64,000 nucleotides of DNA from an uncultured bacterium. Its GTDB lineage: Bacteria; Oederibacteriota; JAAXVQ01; JAUVAV01. The translations under genes and the position numbers were made by a program. Below the pieces are notes generated by a model. The model searched no databases. It was not told the DNA's origin and saw nothing but the letters and a program-made list of their open reading frames with translations. This document shows, one piece after another, positions 9,612-18,591 of this stretch; the stretch's first letter is position 1; every line of letters starts with the position of its first letter. The stretch covers positions 9,411 through 73,410 of the forward strand of contig CBDUZI010000001.1 of the NCBI GenBank assembly GCA_965371665.1. Reading direction: 5' to 3'.

Positions 9612-12600
9612 CTAGAAAGTTACGGTTACCTGGGCCCAGACAGCGTTCTGACCCCAGTTTTTTTCATTTTCAAAAGGAAAATAAACTTTGTTCATTTCGC
9701 CATGCAGCCGTATGTAACCCCCGGCTAAATCCCGCAGCAGACCCACGGCCAGTTTGTCGCGTATCTCCTCCGCTTGTCCGTGTTTAGACATGCAGGAAAT
9801 TTCGCGACCGAAATCTAAGGAAAATTTATATTCATTGAAAAACAGCACCGAGTTTTGCAGGTAAAGCCCGTGGAAGATAGGTACATCCCAGTTCTCGTCC
9901 GGTTCATACCCCTGCGGCAAATAATAGGTATTGTGAATCGGGGCACTCGCATTGGCCTGCCTCCCGCCGAACCGACCGATATAGACTGGCTGCATGGCAA
10001 AGACCTCTTCCAGCAGATAATGCTTATAGCGGATATCCACCGTAGCTAAGTTGCCGTAATACCTCCTGCGTTCTCTATCCAGCTCCTGGTCCAGCCGGAA
10101 GCGATCCAAGAGAGTCATTTTCAATCCAAAGGGAGCATTGTATATAACTTTCAGCTCAGGAGTCACGGTTAAATTGTCGGTGTAATCCAAGGTGAGCGGG
10201 ATTTCCTCGTCATTGGCTGTGTAAAGGGCGTACTGATCCGAGATATCGTCTCGGATTCTCGCCCCATAAGCGCCGACTTCAAACACCCAATCGTCAATAT
10301 CTGTATTCTTATACTTTAGGGTCAAGGATACGGATTGGTTTCTGCCAGGCTTGGAAAGCCGTTTGATATAATGTCCGTCCAAGCGTATTTCCATATTAGA
10401 AGCATAAGTACCTTCCAACACCTGGCGAGGAATAATCGCCGAAAAGGAATATCCTCTTTGATCGCGACGATAAGGATAATCCGGCTCGTGGTCGTTTTCC
10501 CGGCTGTCAAGGATACCGTTGTGATTCAAATCCTCGCTTTCGTGGAAAAGGTAATCCTGCGGAATGTACAGACCGTTGACGTATTCCTGACTAGGCTGGC
10601 CCAGATTGTAAAAATCACCGAAAATGACCCCGTTTTTTTCCGTATCCCAGTCCGGAAGAAGCGCACAACTGTCATTATCCTCCACCACGTCATAATTCAG
10701 CAGCTTGGTGGAATAATCCTTAGACAAGTTGAAATAACTAGCCTTTAAAAGCGCACCCTCGATCCCGCGGGAAAGGGTAACGAAATAGGCATTGGCCATA
10801 CGGTTCACGCGGTCGCCAGTATAAGCTTGATTGTGCGCGATGGAAACTGCGTATTCGGCTGCCAGGTTGATGCCTAAAAGCTGGCCGCGTAAATCCGCTC
10901 CGAGTATGGAGCACGCCTGCGTACCTTCGTCCCTAAAGGTCCCGCTTTTCAGCCTCTCCAGCTGGTCTGCCGTAAGGGTATAGTCAACATCCACTACAGG
11001 CTCATGCGTTGTAAATGTGCTGTAACTTTCAATTAGCCGCCAGTTTTCGCCGTCCGAAGAAATACTGAAATCGATAGTGCCATCATCGGGGATATGCCAA
11101 CAGCTAAGCTCCAGGTGTCCGGAAACGGCTTGTATCTGGGAAGGTAGCACGCGTCCTCCGCTGTTGGCGCCTGTGGTTAGAACCAAGGGAACTCTTAAGA
11201 CCAGGTAACCGCCCTCATTGATACCCCGGGCGGCATTGTTCGGGTCGGTGTCGATCAGGTCTATGTAGGTGTTACTTTGGTCGGAGACGTATGCTATACT
11301 ACTGTCATCAACATCCGGGCTGAAATCCGGTGATATTGGATTTCCGGCAGAATTGGCGATGGTCATGTAATTAGTGTCTTCTGTCTTGAAATAAAGATTG
11401 GATTCATTGGGATGGGTGGTGTTGGTGGTATGATTCTCGATTTTAACGTAAACCGAAGGTACGAAATTTTGATAAACCTCGGGCGGCTCGTCTGGGCCCA
11501 TGAACAGGTTAGTATCCATCTCGCCGTTGCTTTTGGATAAATTGACGGCCGAAAGACCAAGCTGCACCGTGCCGATCCGGATGGAGAAATTCTTGGCCGC
11601 ACGCAGGCCGGTCATGAAAACGTTGGTTTTATTATAATCGCTACTGGAGGATGACAGCCGGGTTCCAAACAGCTTGAAACATATGTCCCCAAGCTTCGGC
11701 TGCCAGAGAATGCCTCGAAAAGTAGAGGCTTTCTTAAAAGTCAGGTCCGTGAACAGTGGTTCGTAAACCGTACCGAGCTGGGCCATATTTCCGATGTATA
11801 AATCCTGATATCTCAACAAGCCATAGTCGAGCTGGGGAGTAAGATAGCGGCCAGCTGGTTCTTCCCAGCGGACGTTATTTTTCTCGTTGATTATGTCGTA
11901 GCCCAAAGAGGCCCAGATATCGACATTTTCAAAAGGGTGAATATAGGAAATTAAATAAAATTTTTGCGTAATTTCATTGAACCCGATATCCTTCAAAGGG
12001 ATACCCCAGCGGTTCAGTCCGGTCCAGTCCTCGTTTTTGGCCACGCCGTCCAGCCACATAGCACGATAGGTTTGATAGGCTACGCCAGAAATTTTGAGAA
12101 TATCCGCATCTTTGGCAGGTGCAATGGCCTCGGGTTTCACTCCCGGGATTGGTAGCATAATCCCCTGGGCTGTCGCCATCTTGCTGGAGAAGCCGATGGC
12201 ATTTAAGGCAACTTGAGTGCCAGCGCCTTCCAGAAAAAACTCAATAAAAAAAGTCTGCTCAGTTTTCCAGCCTGTGAGATCAGGCACATTGGCCATATAG
12301 ACGCCGGCTCGGGAGAAGCGGGGAGTAATTATACGAAAATTATCCGGATTGCGGGCATGAATCAAATGCACCCTTACTTTTCCACGTTCTAATTCACGTC
12401 CCAATTCGATCTCCAAATAGGGATACTTGGAAAAATCCACGGTCAAAGGTTTTTTCGGAGACAAAAATCTGCCATATGTCACCTTTTCTTTTAATTTCAG
12501 CAGGATTTCCCCACCCTTTTGAACCTTTGCAATGGTATTCAAGCCCTTTTCAATTGAATTATCACGCCAGCCATTCAAACCTTTTGCCCAATTCTCAAAA

Positions 12601-13226
12601 TACTTATAAGATTTTGATTTATCTCCTCTAAAATCCTTTTTAACTTTTCGAGCCCCTTTGGCCAATAGACTTTTAGCGACTTTGGATTTTTCAGACTTTG
12701 CCAAACTCTGCGCAGGCTTATTGACCAGTGCCAGACCTTCCCCGATTCGCAACTGGGAAACCTTTGCCTCAGCACCAGAGCCTCCCAACCAGAGGGTGAC
12801 CCAGAAATCTTTAATTTCTTTCCACGGCGTTGATTTCATGATGCTCACGCTGTAGATTCCGGGTTGGGTAATTCCATTCAAAATCTTATACCCGGCATAA
12901 GGCCGATGCGCGTCCATAAGCTCCACGTCCATCGAGCCGTCCTCACTTATCTCATCTATAATAATCTGAAGAACCAAGCCAGAGGTAATATTCATGGCAA
13001 TGGCTTTTTCAGGAGTCATAACCTTACCATACTCGAAGCTGCCCGGCACAGAGATCAAGGCCTGTTTCTCATGCCTCTCCAGCAGCGCATGGAAGTCGGG
13101 ATTGGTCCGGTTATCCCGCCAACCCTTAAACTCGGCTTGGTAAAAATCCTGTACCGCCAACGAGGGAATAACCGATATCACTAAGGCTAGCAGCAGAAAA
13201 CATGTGCCGAAACGAAACTGCTTCAT
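9612..13226 (-). CDS. large outer-membrane protein (1204 aa) with two N-terminal 'F-x-G/D-W-R-D-N' beta-sandwich domains plus a large C-terminal beta-barrel
   Basis: Signal peptide MKQFRFGTCFLLLALVISVIPSLA. Repeats DFYQAEFKGWRDNRTNPDF and YFENWAKGLNGWRDNSIEKG, with DFSKYPYLEIELGRE. The long C-terminal region has alternating hydrophobic beta-strand character and a terminal Phe (..AQVTVTF), typical of outer-membrane barrels. Confidence 0.7.
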   Translation of the reverse strand: MKQFRFGTCFLLLALVISVIPSLAVQDFYQAEFKGWRDNRTNPDFHALLERHEKQALISVPGSFEYGKVMTPEKAIAMNITSGLVLQIIIDEISEDGSMDVELMDAHRPYAGYKILNGITQPGIYSVSIMKSTPWKEIKDFWVTLWLGGSGAEAKVSQLRIGEGLALVNKPAQSLAKSEKSKVAKSLLAKGARKVKKDFRGDKSKSYKYFENWAKGLNGWRDNSIEKGLNTIAKVQKGGEILLKLKEKVTYGRFLSPKKPLTVDFSKYPYLEIELGRELERGKVRVHLIHARNPDNFRIITPRFSRAGVYMANVPDLTGWKTEQTFFIEFFLEGAGTQVALNAIGFSSKMATAQGIMLPIPGVKPEAIAPAKDADILKISGVAYQTYRAMWLDGVAKNEDWTGLNRWGIPLKDIGFNEITQKFYLISYIHPFENVDIWASLGYDIINEKNNVRWEEPAGRYLTPQLDYGLLRYQDLYIGNMAQLGTVYEPLFTDLTFKKASTFRGILWQPKLGDICFKLFGTRLSSSSSDYNKTNVFMTGLRAAKNFSIRIGTVQLGLSAVNLSKSNGEMDTNLFMGPDEPPEVYQNFVPSVYVKIENHTTNTTHPNESNLYFKTEDTNYMTIANSAGNPISPDFSPDVDDSSIAYVSDQSNTYIDLIDTDPNNAARGINEGGYLVLRVPLVLTTGANSGGRVLPSQIQAVSGHLELSCWHIPDDGTIDFSISSDGENWRLIESYSTFTTHEPVVDVDYTLTADQLERLKSGTFRDEGTQACSILGADLRGQLLGINLAAEYAVSIAHNQAYTGDRVNRMANAYFVTLSRGIEGALLKASYFNLSKDYSTKLLNYDVVEDNDSCALLPDWDTEKNGVIFGDFYNLGQPSQEYVNGLYIPQDYLFHESEDLNHNGILDSRENDHEPDYPYRRDQRGYSFSAIIPRQVLEGTYASNMEIRLDGHYIKRLSKPGRNQSVSLTLKYKNTDIDDWVFEVGAYGARIRDDISDQYALYTANDEEIPLTLDYTDNLTVTPELKVIYNAPFGLKMTLLDRFRLDQELDRERRRYYGNLATVDIRYKHYLLEEVFAMQPVYIGRFGGRQANASAPIHNTYYLPQGYEPDENWDVPIFHGLYLQNSVLFFNEYKFSLDFGREISCMSKHGQAEEIRDKLAVGLLRDLAGGYIRLHGEMNKVYFPFENEKNWGQNAVWAQVTVTF

Positions 13227-13272
13227 CTCTCCCCTCCTGATATGAGTGGTTATTTAAGGCTGAAATATAAGA

Positions 13273-14313
13273 TTAATTTCGGATGTGAATATATTTGATG
13301 CCCGCCCCGGCCTCGGTCTCCGGAGCTCCGGTAGTTCCCATCCAAATTTGAATCCAAAAAACTTTAGCGCCTCTCCATTTGGTCTTTTCGTTAATATTTA
13401 CCGTATATACCCCAGGGCGGGTAACAAAAGGCATGAGAGTGTAGTTAGTGTAAGGTGCCTGCGCAAGCATAAGTTCAACTTTTACTTTGCTCGTCCCCAT
13501 ATCCCCAAAAGCAATCTCAAATTTTGTGGAAGGGGTAATCTTGGCTTTAATCCCGCTTGAATCTGACATCAACTTACAATATTTTCTGCCAGGAATTATT
13601 TTTAGCCGCGGAACATCTCCTTCAAAATTCAACTCACTCCCGAATTCCGGGTCGGTTTCAGCCGTTCTCCACCCCCCAACTCCATTCCTGAAATCTTCAA
13701 AAAAGATACTGTTTGGGGGCATAGGCGCAAACTTTTTCAAGGTAAACGCTTTTATGGCCGCCAGCTTTCTTTGTTTTTCTAAAATATTAGCATCCTGAAA
13801 AAAAACCTCCTTGATAATCACACTTTTTTTTTCACCTTCCAGCCAGACCTTGATCCACATGCTGGTAACACCCTTCCAGCCTGTCAACTCATGAACATTT
13901 GCTTTATATTCTCCTGATTTTCCTTGAAGTTTGGCAACCCGATAGGAATTATAAGGTTCATAAGCATGCATTAAATAAACCGTTGCTATTGTGTCCGGAG
14001 CAATTCGGTCAACCTTGATGACAATCTCGGTTTTCCGGGTAATATTAATGGTAATCGGGTCGGCTTTTGACATCGCTTTACCGTAGGCCACGTTAGGGGT
14101 CGAAATCTTTAGTCTTCTTCCCTGTACCTGTACCTGCGTATTAAAACCAAGATCAGTAGAATTATCCCGCCAATTTTTAAAGTCTTCCTGATAGACAATC
14201 CCTAACCCTTCATTATCATTACTTTTTTTTGCGAATGAAGTCCGAAGAAGTAAGAAGGAAAAAAGCATCACTATAATAATAGTCGGACAAAAAAACATTT
14301 TTGAAGGGTGCAT
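13273..14313 (-). CDS. secreted protein with two tandem copies of the F-x-D/N-W-R-D beta-sandwich domain
   Basis: The likely start is MHPSKMFFCPTIIIVMLFSFLLLRTSFA; the ORF track starts 12 codons earlier. Domains begin YQEDFKNWRDNSTDLGF and FFEDFRNGVGGWRTAETDPEF and end ..W(K/R)G..(V/I)W(I/M)..W(L/M)(E/G). Confidence 0.7.
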   Translation of the reverse strand: MHPSKMFFCPTIIIVMLFSFLLLRTSFAKKSNDNEGLGIVYQEDFKNWRDNSTDLGFNTQVQVQGRRLKISTPNVAYGKAMSKADPITINITRKTEIVIKVDRIAPDTIATVYLMHAYEPYNSYRVAKLQGKSGEYKANVHELTGWKGVTSMWIKVWLEGEKKSVIIKEVFFQDANILEKQRKLAAIKAFTLKKFAPMPPNSIFFEDFRNGVGGWRTAETDPEFGSELNFEGDVPRLKIIPGRKYCKLMSDSSGIKAKITPSTKFEIAFGDMGTSKVKVELMLAQAPYTNYTLMPFVTRPGVYTVNINEKTKWRGAKVFWIQIWMGTTGAPETEAGAGIKYIHIRN

Positions 14314-14441
14314 ACAAATTTCCTTTCTCAAAACTAAATTTGGAGACAAACCGACTATTAGGGAGTTGTCCCGAATGGTACTAACTTAAGAGTTTTATTT
14401 GGCATTATCACTAATTTACGTAATTAAATTTAAAATCACAA

Positions 14442-14540
14442 TGTCATTCCCGAATGTATTTATCGGGAATCCAGGTGTAATGCTAAATAAAGAATATTAT
14501 TATACCTCTGGTTCCCCGATTAAAGCATTCGGGTATGACA
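14442..14540. repeat. inverted repeat TGTCATTCCCGAATG ... CATTCGGGTATGACA flanking ~70 nt (hairpin or MITE-like)
   Basis: Seen directly. An internal ttatcgggaat also pairs with attcccgaat. The arms begin GTCATTCC, like the inverted repeat at 143-230. Confidence 0.4.
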
Positions 14541-14629
14541 ACCCTTTCAGAAAACACTCTTTCCGCAACAGAAACTAACTAAATATTTATTTGTTACTTC
14601 TTGTTATAGGGGGTTGCTTGTGATCAAAT

Positions 14630-14689
14630 AACCGCGTAAAGAAAATACTCTTGTTTCCGAGAAATTCTTCTTTTTCCCGGAAACAAGAG
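14630..14689 (-). terminator. Rho-independent terminator of the 14706..15329 gene
   Basis: The sense strand reads CTCTTGTTTCCGGG-(14-nt loop)-CTCGGAAACAAGAG followed by TATTTTCTTT, just 3' of the stop at 14706. Confidence 0.55.
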
Positions 14690-14705
14690 AAATATTTTTC
14701 ATCTA

Positions 14706-15329
14706 TTATTTTTTTACTTTTTCAGCGCTTTTTACTTTTACCTTACTTTTTACTTTGTCACTTTTCTTCTTTATTCTACTTTTCTTCTTAATTTTACTTT
14801 TTCTTCCTTTTTCCTTTGCGACTATTTTTTTGCCATCTGTAATGCATACATCCGATATCTTCGCAACGGGATTTTCCTCCCCGCCTATCCAGATTTCTAT
14901 CCAAAAAGTATGTTCCTCCTGCCCCGGCCATGGCGTCTTTTCAGCCAGCTTCGCGGTATAAACTCCTTTGTCACTTGCTTCGGCAATGAGTTTATGGGAA
15001 TCATAAGGGTCACCAGCTGTCATAAGTTTAACTGTAATGGAGCCTTGGGAAATATCATCAAGCAATTTCAGGGAAAGCTCTGTGTTTTCTTCGATATTAA
15101 TTGTAATTCCAGCTTCAGATGACATAACCTTTCCAATTTTTTTCTCAGGAATAGCAGTTATAATCCCGATTTCATTCTTCTCATCCAATTCAAACTTGGC
15201 CTTAAATCCTGGATTGGTACTCTCATCGCGCCAATCGGAGAAATCATCCTTATACAAATTTTTTCCCTGCACAGAAGCAACGATACCCAGAGCGAATACA
15301 GCCGTTAAAAATACTTTTAAAAATTTCAT
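14706..15329 (-). CDS. small secreted protein with one F-x-D-W-R-D beta-sandwich domain and a lysine-rich C-terminal tail
   Basis: Signal peptide MKFLKVFLTAVFALGIVASVQG. Domain YKDDFSDWRDESTNPGF...TFWIEIWIGGEENP. Tail KEKGRKSKIKKKSRIKKKSDKVKSKVKVKSAEKVKK. Confidence 0.7.
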   Translation of the reverse strand: MKFLKVFLTAVFALGIVASVQGKNLYKDDFSDWRDESTNPGFKAKFELDEKNEIGIITAIPEKKIGKVMSSEAGITINIEENTELSLKLLDDISQGSITVKLMTAGDPYDSHKLIAEASDKGVYTAKLAEKTPWPGQEEHTFWIEIWIGGEENPVAKISDVCITDGKKIVAKEKGRKSKIKKKSRIKKKSDKVKSKVKVKSAEKVKK

Positions 15330-15613
15330 TTTCTTCCCTCCCCATCAAAAATTTTAAACTTACTTTTTTTGGGGTAACTGAAAACCCCTAAAAATGGACG
15401 CTTATAATAAAATAAGTTATTTCACTTTAAAAGTCAAATAAATTATCCATCCCGCCTAAAAAATTCCCTCCTTTCTTTATGATTTTCATCGAGATATGTG
15501 GGTTCTTTCCTTAAATATTAGTTAAGACCTCGGCAAGAGCAAAAATATTACATAACTAATGTGAGTTACTTAAACAAAATATAGCATATTTCCGAAATAT
15601 ACTGCGCTCCGGG

Positions 15614-16618
15614 TTACTCGCCGGCTGGACCGATCTTGATCTCATCATAACGTGTGCCGGTAGCCGGGCCGGCCGTGCCTTGCTCTACTATCAGCTCAAT
15701 TATAAATTCCTTGCTGCCTTCCCAGCCTGTGATACTTTTAATGTCATAATTATAGATGCCGGGTCCAAAATACTGGCTAATCAAAATACTATCCTGGCCG
15801 GTCTCTTTCAGAAAAATCTTGTTGCCTGTACCAGAATCAACTCCGGTCACCACCACTCGCATATTATTATTCCCATCCACATCCAATGTTATGGTATCCG
15901 AGTATACAATGCCCCAGACATCGCCGGCCCCAAAGGTTACCTTGGCGGAATCATCTCCATTTGTGAGGATTTGCCCATTATGGCCAGTGTACCATCCCCC
16001 GGGCTGGCCGGGGTCTTCTTCATAATGCTCGACATAGCCATCAGAACCGGAGTTATAAATCCAGATCTCATCGTAACGCGTGCCGCCCGAATTTGGACCA
16101 CCTGTTCCTTTTTCCGCCACCAACTCGATAAGAATTTCCTTGGTGCCGGTCCACGGTATACTAAAATTGTAAATCCCCGCCCCAAAATATTCGGCAATTG
16201 TAACCTTTTCCTCGGTTACGACATTTTTTAGAATTATTTTGTTGTTGGTGTCAGAATCCACATCAGTTACCACCATGCGCATACTGTTATTTTCATTTAG
16301 ATCGATTTCAAAAGGGTCGCAGTACACAACACCCCAAACATCGCTTGCACTGTAAATGGCCTTGGCCGAACCGGTTCCGTTAGTCGTTATCTGGCCATTA
16401 TAGCCTGGGTTCCATCCCCCGGGTTGGCTGGTAGTGGTTTCCTCAAAATGCTCTAAATAGGGATCAGCTACATCCCCTGCCATTTTCACGGTGAGAGTAT
16501 AATTTAGCGCTTCGGCTGCAAATATCTGGCTGCTGCAGAAGAACAACAATGTCAAGCCTAAAGAGGCTGCGCGCATATCCTGCCAATAATTTCTCTGCCG
16601 GCAGCTAATTGTTTTCAT
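15614..16618 (-). CDS. secreted protein consisting of two tandem ~150-aa repeats (PGGW..GxNGQIxTNG..DVWG(V/I)VY...MR(M/V)VVT(D/G)VDS..NKI(I/F)LK)
   Basis: The internal duplication is visible in both protein and DNA. The preferred start is MKTISCRQRNYW at 16618, with AGGGGGAAAGAG 6 nt upstream; the ORF track starts at 16672. Confidence 0.65.
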   Translation of the reverse strand: MKTISCRQRNYWQDMRAASLGLTLLFFCSSQIFAAEALNYTLTVKMAGDVADPYLEHFEETTTSQPGGWNPGYNGQITTNGTGSAKAIYSASDVWGVVYCDPFEIDLNENNSMRMVVTDVDSDTNNKIILKNVVTEEKVTIAEYFGAGIYNFSIPWTGTKEILIELVAEKGTGGPNSGGTRYDEIWIYNSGSDGYVEHYEEDPGQPGGWYTGHNGQILTNGDDSAKVTFGAGDVWGIVYSDTITLDVDGNNNMRVVVTGVDSGTGNKIFLKETGQDSILISQYFGPGIYNYDIKSITGWEGSKEFIIELIVEQGTAGPATGTRYDEIKIGPAGE

Positions 16619-16658
16619 ACTCTTTCCCCCTGCTTTATAAAAAACCGGAACCAAACTT

Positions 16659-16700
16659 AACCGCAGATGCACGCCGATTAAGAATCTTTTTTAAATCCCC
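16659..16700 (-). promoter_or_regulatory. conserved upstream element B (copy 1): GCAGATGCACGCCGATTAA(..)AATCTTTTTT
   Basis: This is the same half-site pair as element A in the opposite orientation. Similar blocks are at 20491-20540 and 22436-22480. It is followed by C7 and C6 homopolymer tracts (16697-16713). Confidence 0.4.
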
Positions 16701-16764
16701 CCCTCCTCCCCCCTTGAAAAAGAGGGATAGAAGAAGCACCCTTAGTAAAGGGATGATTCGGGGA

Positions 16765-16792
16765 ATTTATCTGCGTTCATCGGCGGTTAAAG
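16765..16792 (-). promoter_or_regulatory. element A core (atttATCTGCGttcATCGGCGGttaaag)
   Basis: Identical core to 7081-7105, 18641-18666 and 22528-22550. It lies about 150 nt upstream of the 15614..16618 start and overlaps the stop of the 16787..18565 gene. Confidence 0.35.
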
Positions 16793-18565
16793 AGTTTCGG
16801 CCGGTGGTGGCTGCTTGTTGTTTTGGCGATGCTGCTGCTCGAACATTTTCTCGATCTCATCCGGCTTCAACTGCATCTCATAAACTTTTAATTTTTCCCT
16901 GAGTCTTTCGAGATCATCATAACGGATGATGTCCTCCGGGCTGATCTGCTCCCTGACCAAATCCGCGGCTGCGGGTCCTGGCTTCGCAGTGGGCGTTATG
17001 GTTTCCGCAGCCCCTTTCTCTTGTCTGGGAGCGGTCGTGGAGGTTACTATTCCAGCCGGGATCAAAACCTTGAATTCTACGCGCCGATTGGTCGCGCGGC
17101 CTTTGGTCGACTTGTTGCTCGCAATCGGCCGGGTCTCGCCGAACCCGACCGGGATAAGGTTGAAGGAATTTAATTTAAACCTGCCTGCCAGGTATTCCTT
17201 GACCGATTCCACCCTCCGCTGTGAGAGCCGCTGGTTGTACTTGGCTTTGCCTACTGAATCCGTGTGCCCCTCGAGCCTCACTTTAATCTGGAGATATTTT
17301 TCCAGGATGGCACCAATCTGATCCATGGTTTTGAATGACCTCCGCGTAAGCGTGGCCTTGCCGGACTGGAACTGGATGGGCGGCGCCTTACCCAGTTTGA
17401 TAAGTTCGTCTACCTGATTCAATTCCGTCCGGACCTGCTGGATTTCCATCCTTAACTTGTCCACCATGGCCTTGAGCCTGGCTTCATCGCGGGCACGCTG
17501 CTCGGCCAGCTCCTGCTCGCGCTTGGCTGCCAGGTTTTCCTCTGGCGCGATCATTGCGGTCGGGGCCGGAGTGGGTTTGGGTTCAGGCCGTTGGCTCCAA
17601 CTGGCGGTCAAGGCCAGGCGGTGGGTGCCATAGGTCTTCTGGATATAGAATGGCAGGGCAAAGGCATAGTCGATCTTCAGCCGAGTCATGTTCAACTGCG
17701 GGAAGGTGTATTGCCCGCTGAAGCCGACGGTGAATTCGGTGGAATTCACTCCTGTACGGGCTGCTATCAGACCGTTTAAAAACCAACTCTCAGCGCCAAA
17801 CCGGACCGTGTTTTTATTCTGCGCGTAATTGCGGTTGACCAGTTCGGCAGAGAGCAGGATGTCATCGACCACAGAGTTGATGGGTTTTAAATCATGGCTC
17901 CAGGACACGCCCAAACGGAAGATGCAGGGTACCTCCTCATAGGTGGTAACCCCTACATCTGTTGGGATTAGATTTTCCAAGCACATGCCGACCACGAATT
18001 TTTCCGGAAGCGGATAGAGCACAGCCAGATCCGCGGTAAAACCGGTCTTGGAAAGCGCCTCGGTGTAATCATTGGCATCTACTGACCAGTTCAATATCTT
18101 AAGGTTCGCACCTACATGCAAGGTTTCGGTCTCATACTTTAAACTGCGGGCATACCCTATATTAAAGGTATTCTCGCGGTAAAAATATGAATTGAACTGG
18201 GACCAGGAAGCGCCAAAATACCCTATTTCCGGATTAACCGGTATAGCCGCGGAAATAAAACTATATCCCAAAGAGTCTCGTTGGCCCGTGAATAAACGTC
18301 CCTCAAATCCCGAAAAGAGACTGGCATACATAGAAGTAATTTCATAGCGGTCCATTAAAACCAAGCCCGCCGGATTCCAGTTGACAGCATTGGCATCATC
18401 AGCCACTGCCACAAAGGCCCGTCCCATACCACAGGGCCGCACCCCGGCGCCATAGTCAAAAAAGTAAGCCCAACCGTCAGCCGCAAGCAGACTCAAGCCC
18501 AGGCTGACAACAGCCAGGCAGAACCTAAACCTATAATGTCTTGTCTTAAGTTTCATCGTTATCAC
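16787..18565 (-). CDS. outer-membrane protein with an N-terminal FadL/PorV-like beta-barrel, a coiled-coil region and a C-terminal OmpA-like peptidoglycan-binding domain
   Basis: Signal peptide MKLKTRHYRFRFCLAVVSLGLSLLAA. GMGRAFVAVADDANAVNWNPAGL matches the FadL hallmark GLGRAYSG..AIADDAG..NPA. The C-terminal block KVRLEGHTDSVGKAKYNQRLSQRRVESVKEYL...NRRVEFKVL is a classic OmpA_C domain. Confidence 0.75.
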   Translation of the reverse strand: MITMKLKTRHYRFRFCLAVVSLGLSLLAADGWAYFFDYGAGVRPCGMGRAFVAVADDANAVNWNPAGLVLMDRYEITSMYASLFSGFEGRLFTGQRDSLGYSFISAAIPVNPEIGYFGASWSQFNSYFYRENTFNIGYARSLKYETETLHVGANLKILNWSVDANDYTEALSKTGFTADLAVLYPLPEKFVVGMCLENLIPTDVGVTTYEEVPCIFRLGVSWSHDLKPINSVVDDILLSAELVNRNYAQNKNTVRFGAESWFLNGLIAARTGVNSTEFTVGFSGQYTFPQLNMTRLKIDYAFALPFYIQKTYGTHRLALTASWSQRPEPKPTPAPTAMIAPEENLAAKREQELAEQRARDEARLKAMVDKLRMEIQQVRTELNQVDELIKLGKAPPIQFQSGKATLTRRSFKTMDQIGAILEKYLQIKVRLEGHTDSVGKAKYNQRLSQRRVESVKEYLAGRFKLNSFNLIPVGFGETRPIASNKSTKGRATNRRVEFKVLIPAGIVTSTTAPRQEKGAAETITPTAKPGPAAADLVREQISPEDIIRYDDLERLREKLKVYEMQLKPDEIEKMFEQQHRQNNKQPPPAETL

Positions 18566-18591
18566 CCCGGTCCAGCCGGAACCAAAAATGC

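Noticed and set aside
14755-15357. Plus-strand ORFs of 68-106 aa overlapping the 14706..15329 gene
   Set aside because: They are antisense to a gene with a clear signal peptide, a conserved domain and a terminator. The translations are Phe/Leu/Ser-rich shadows of the Lys-rich tail.
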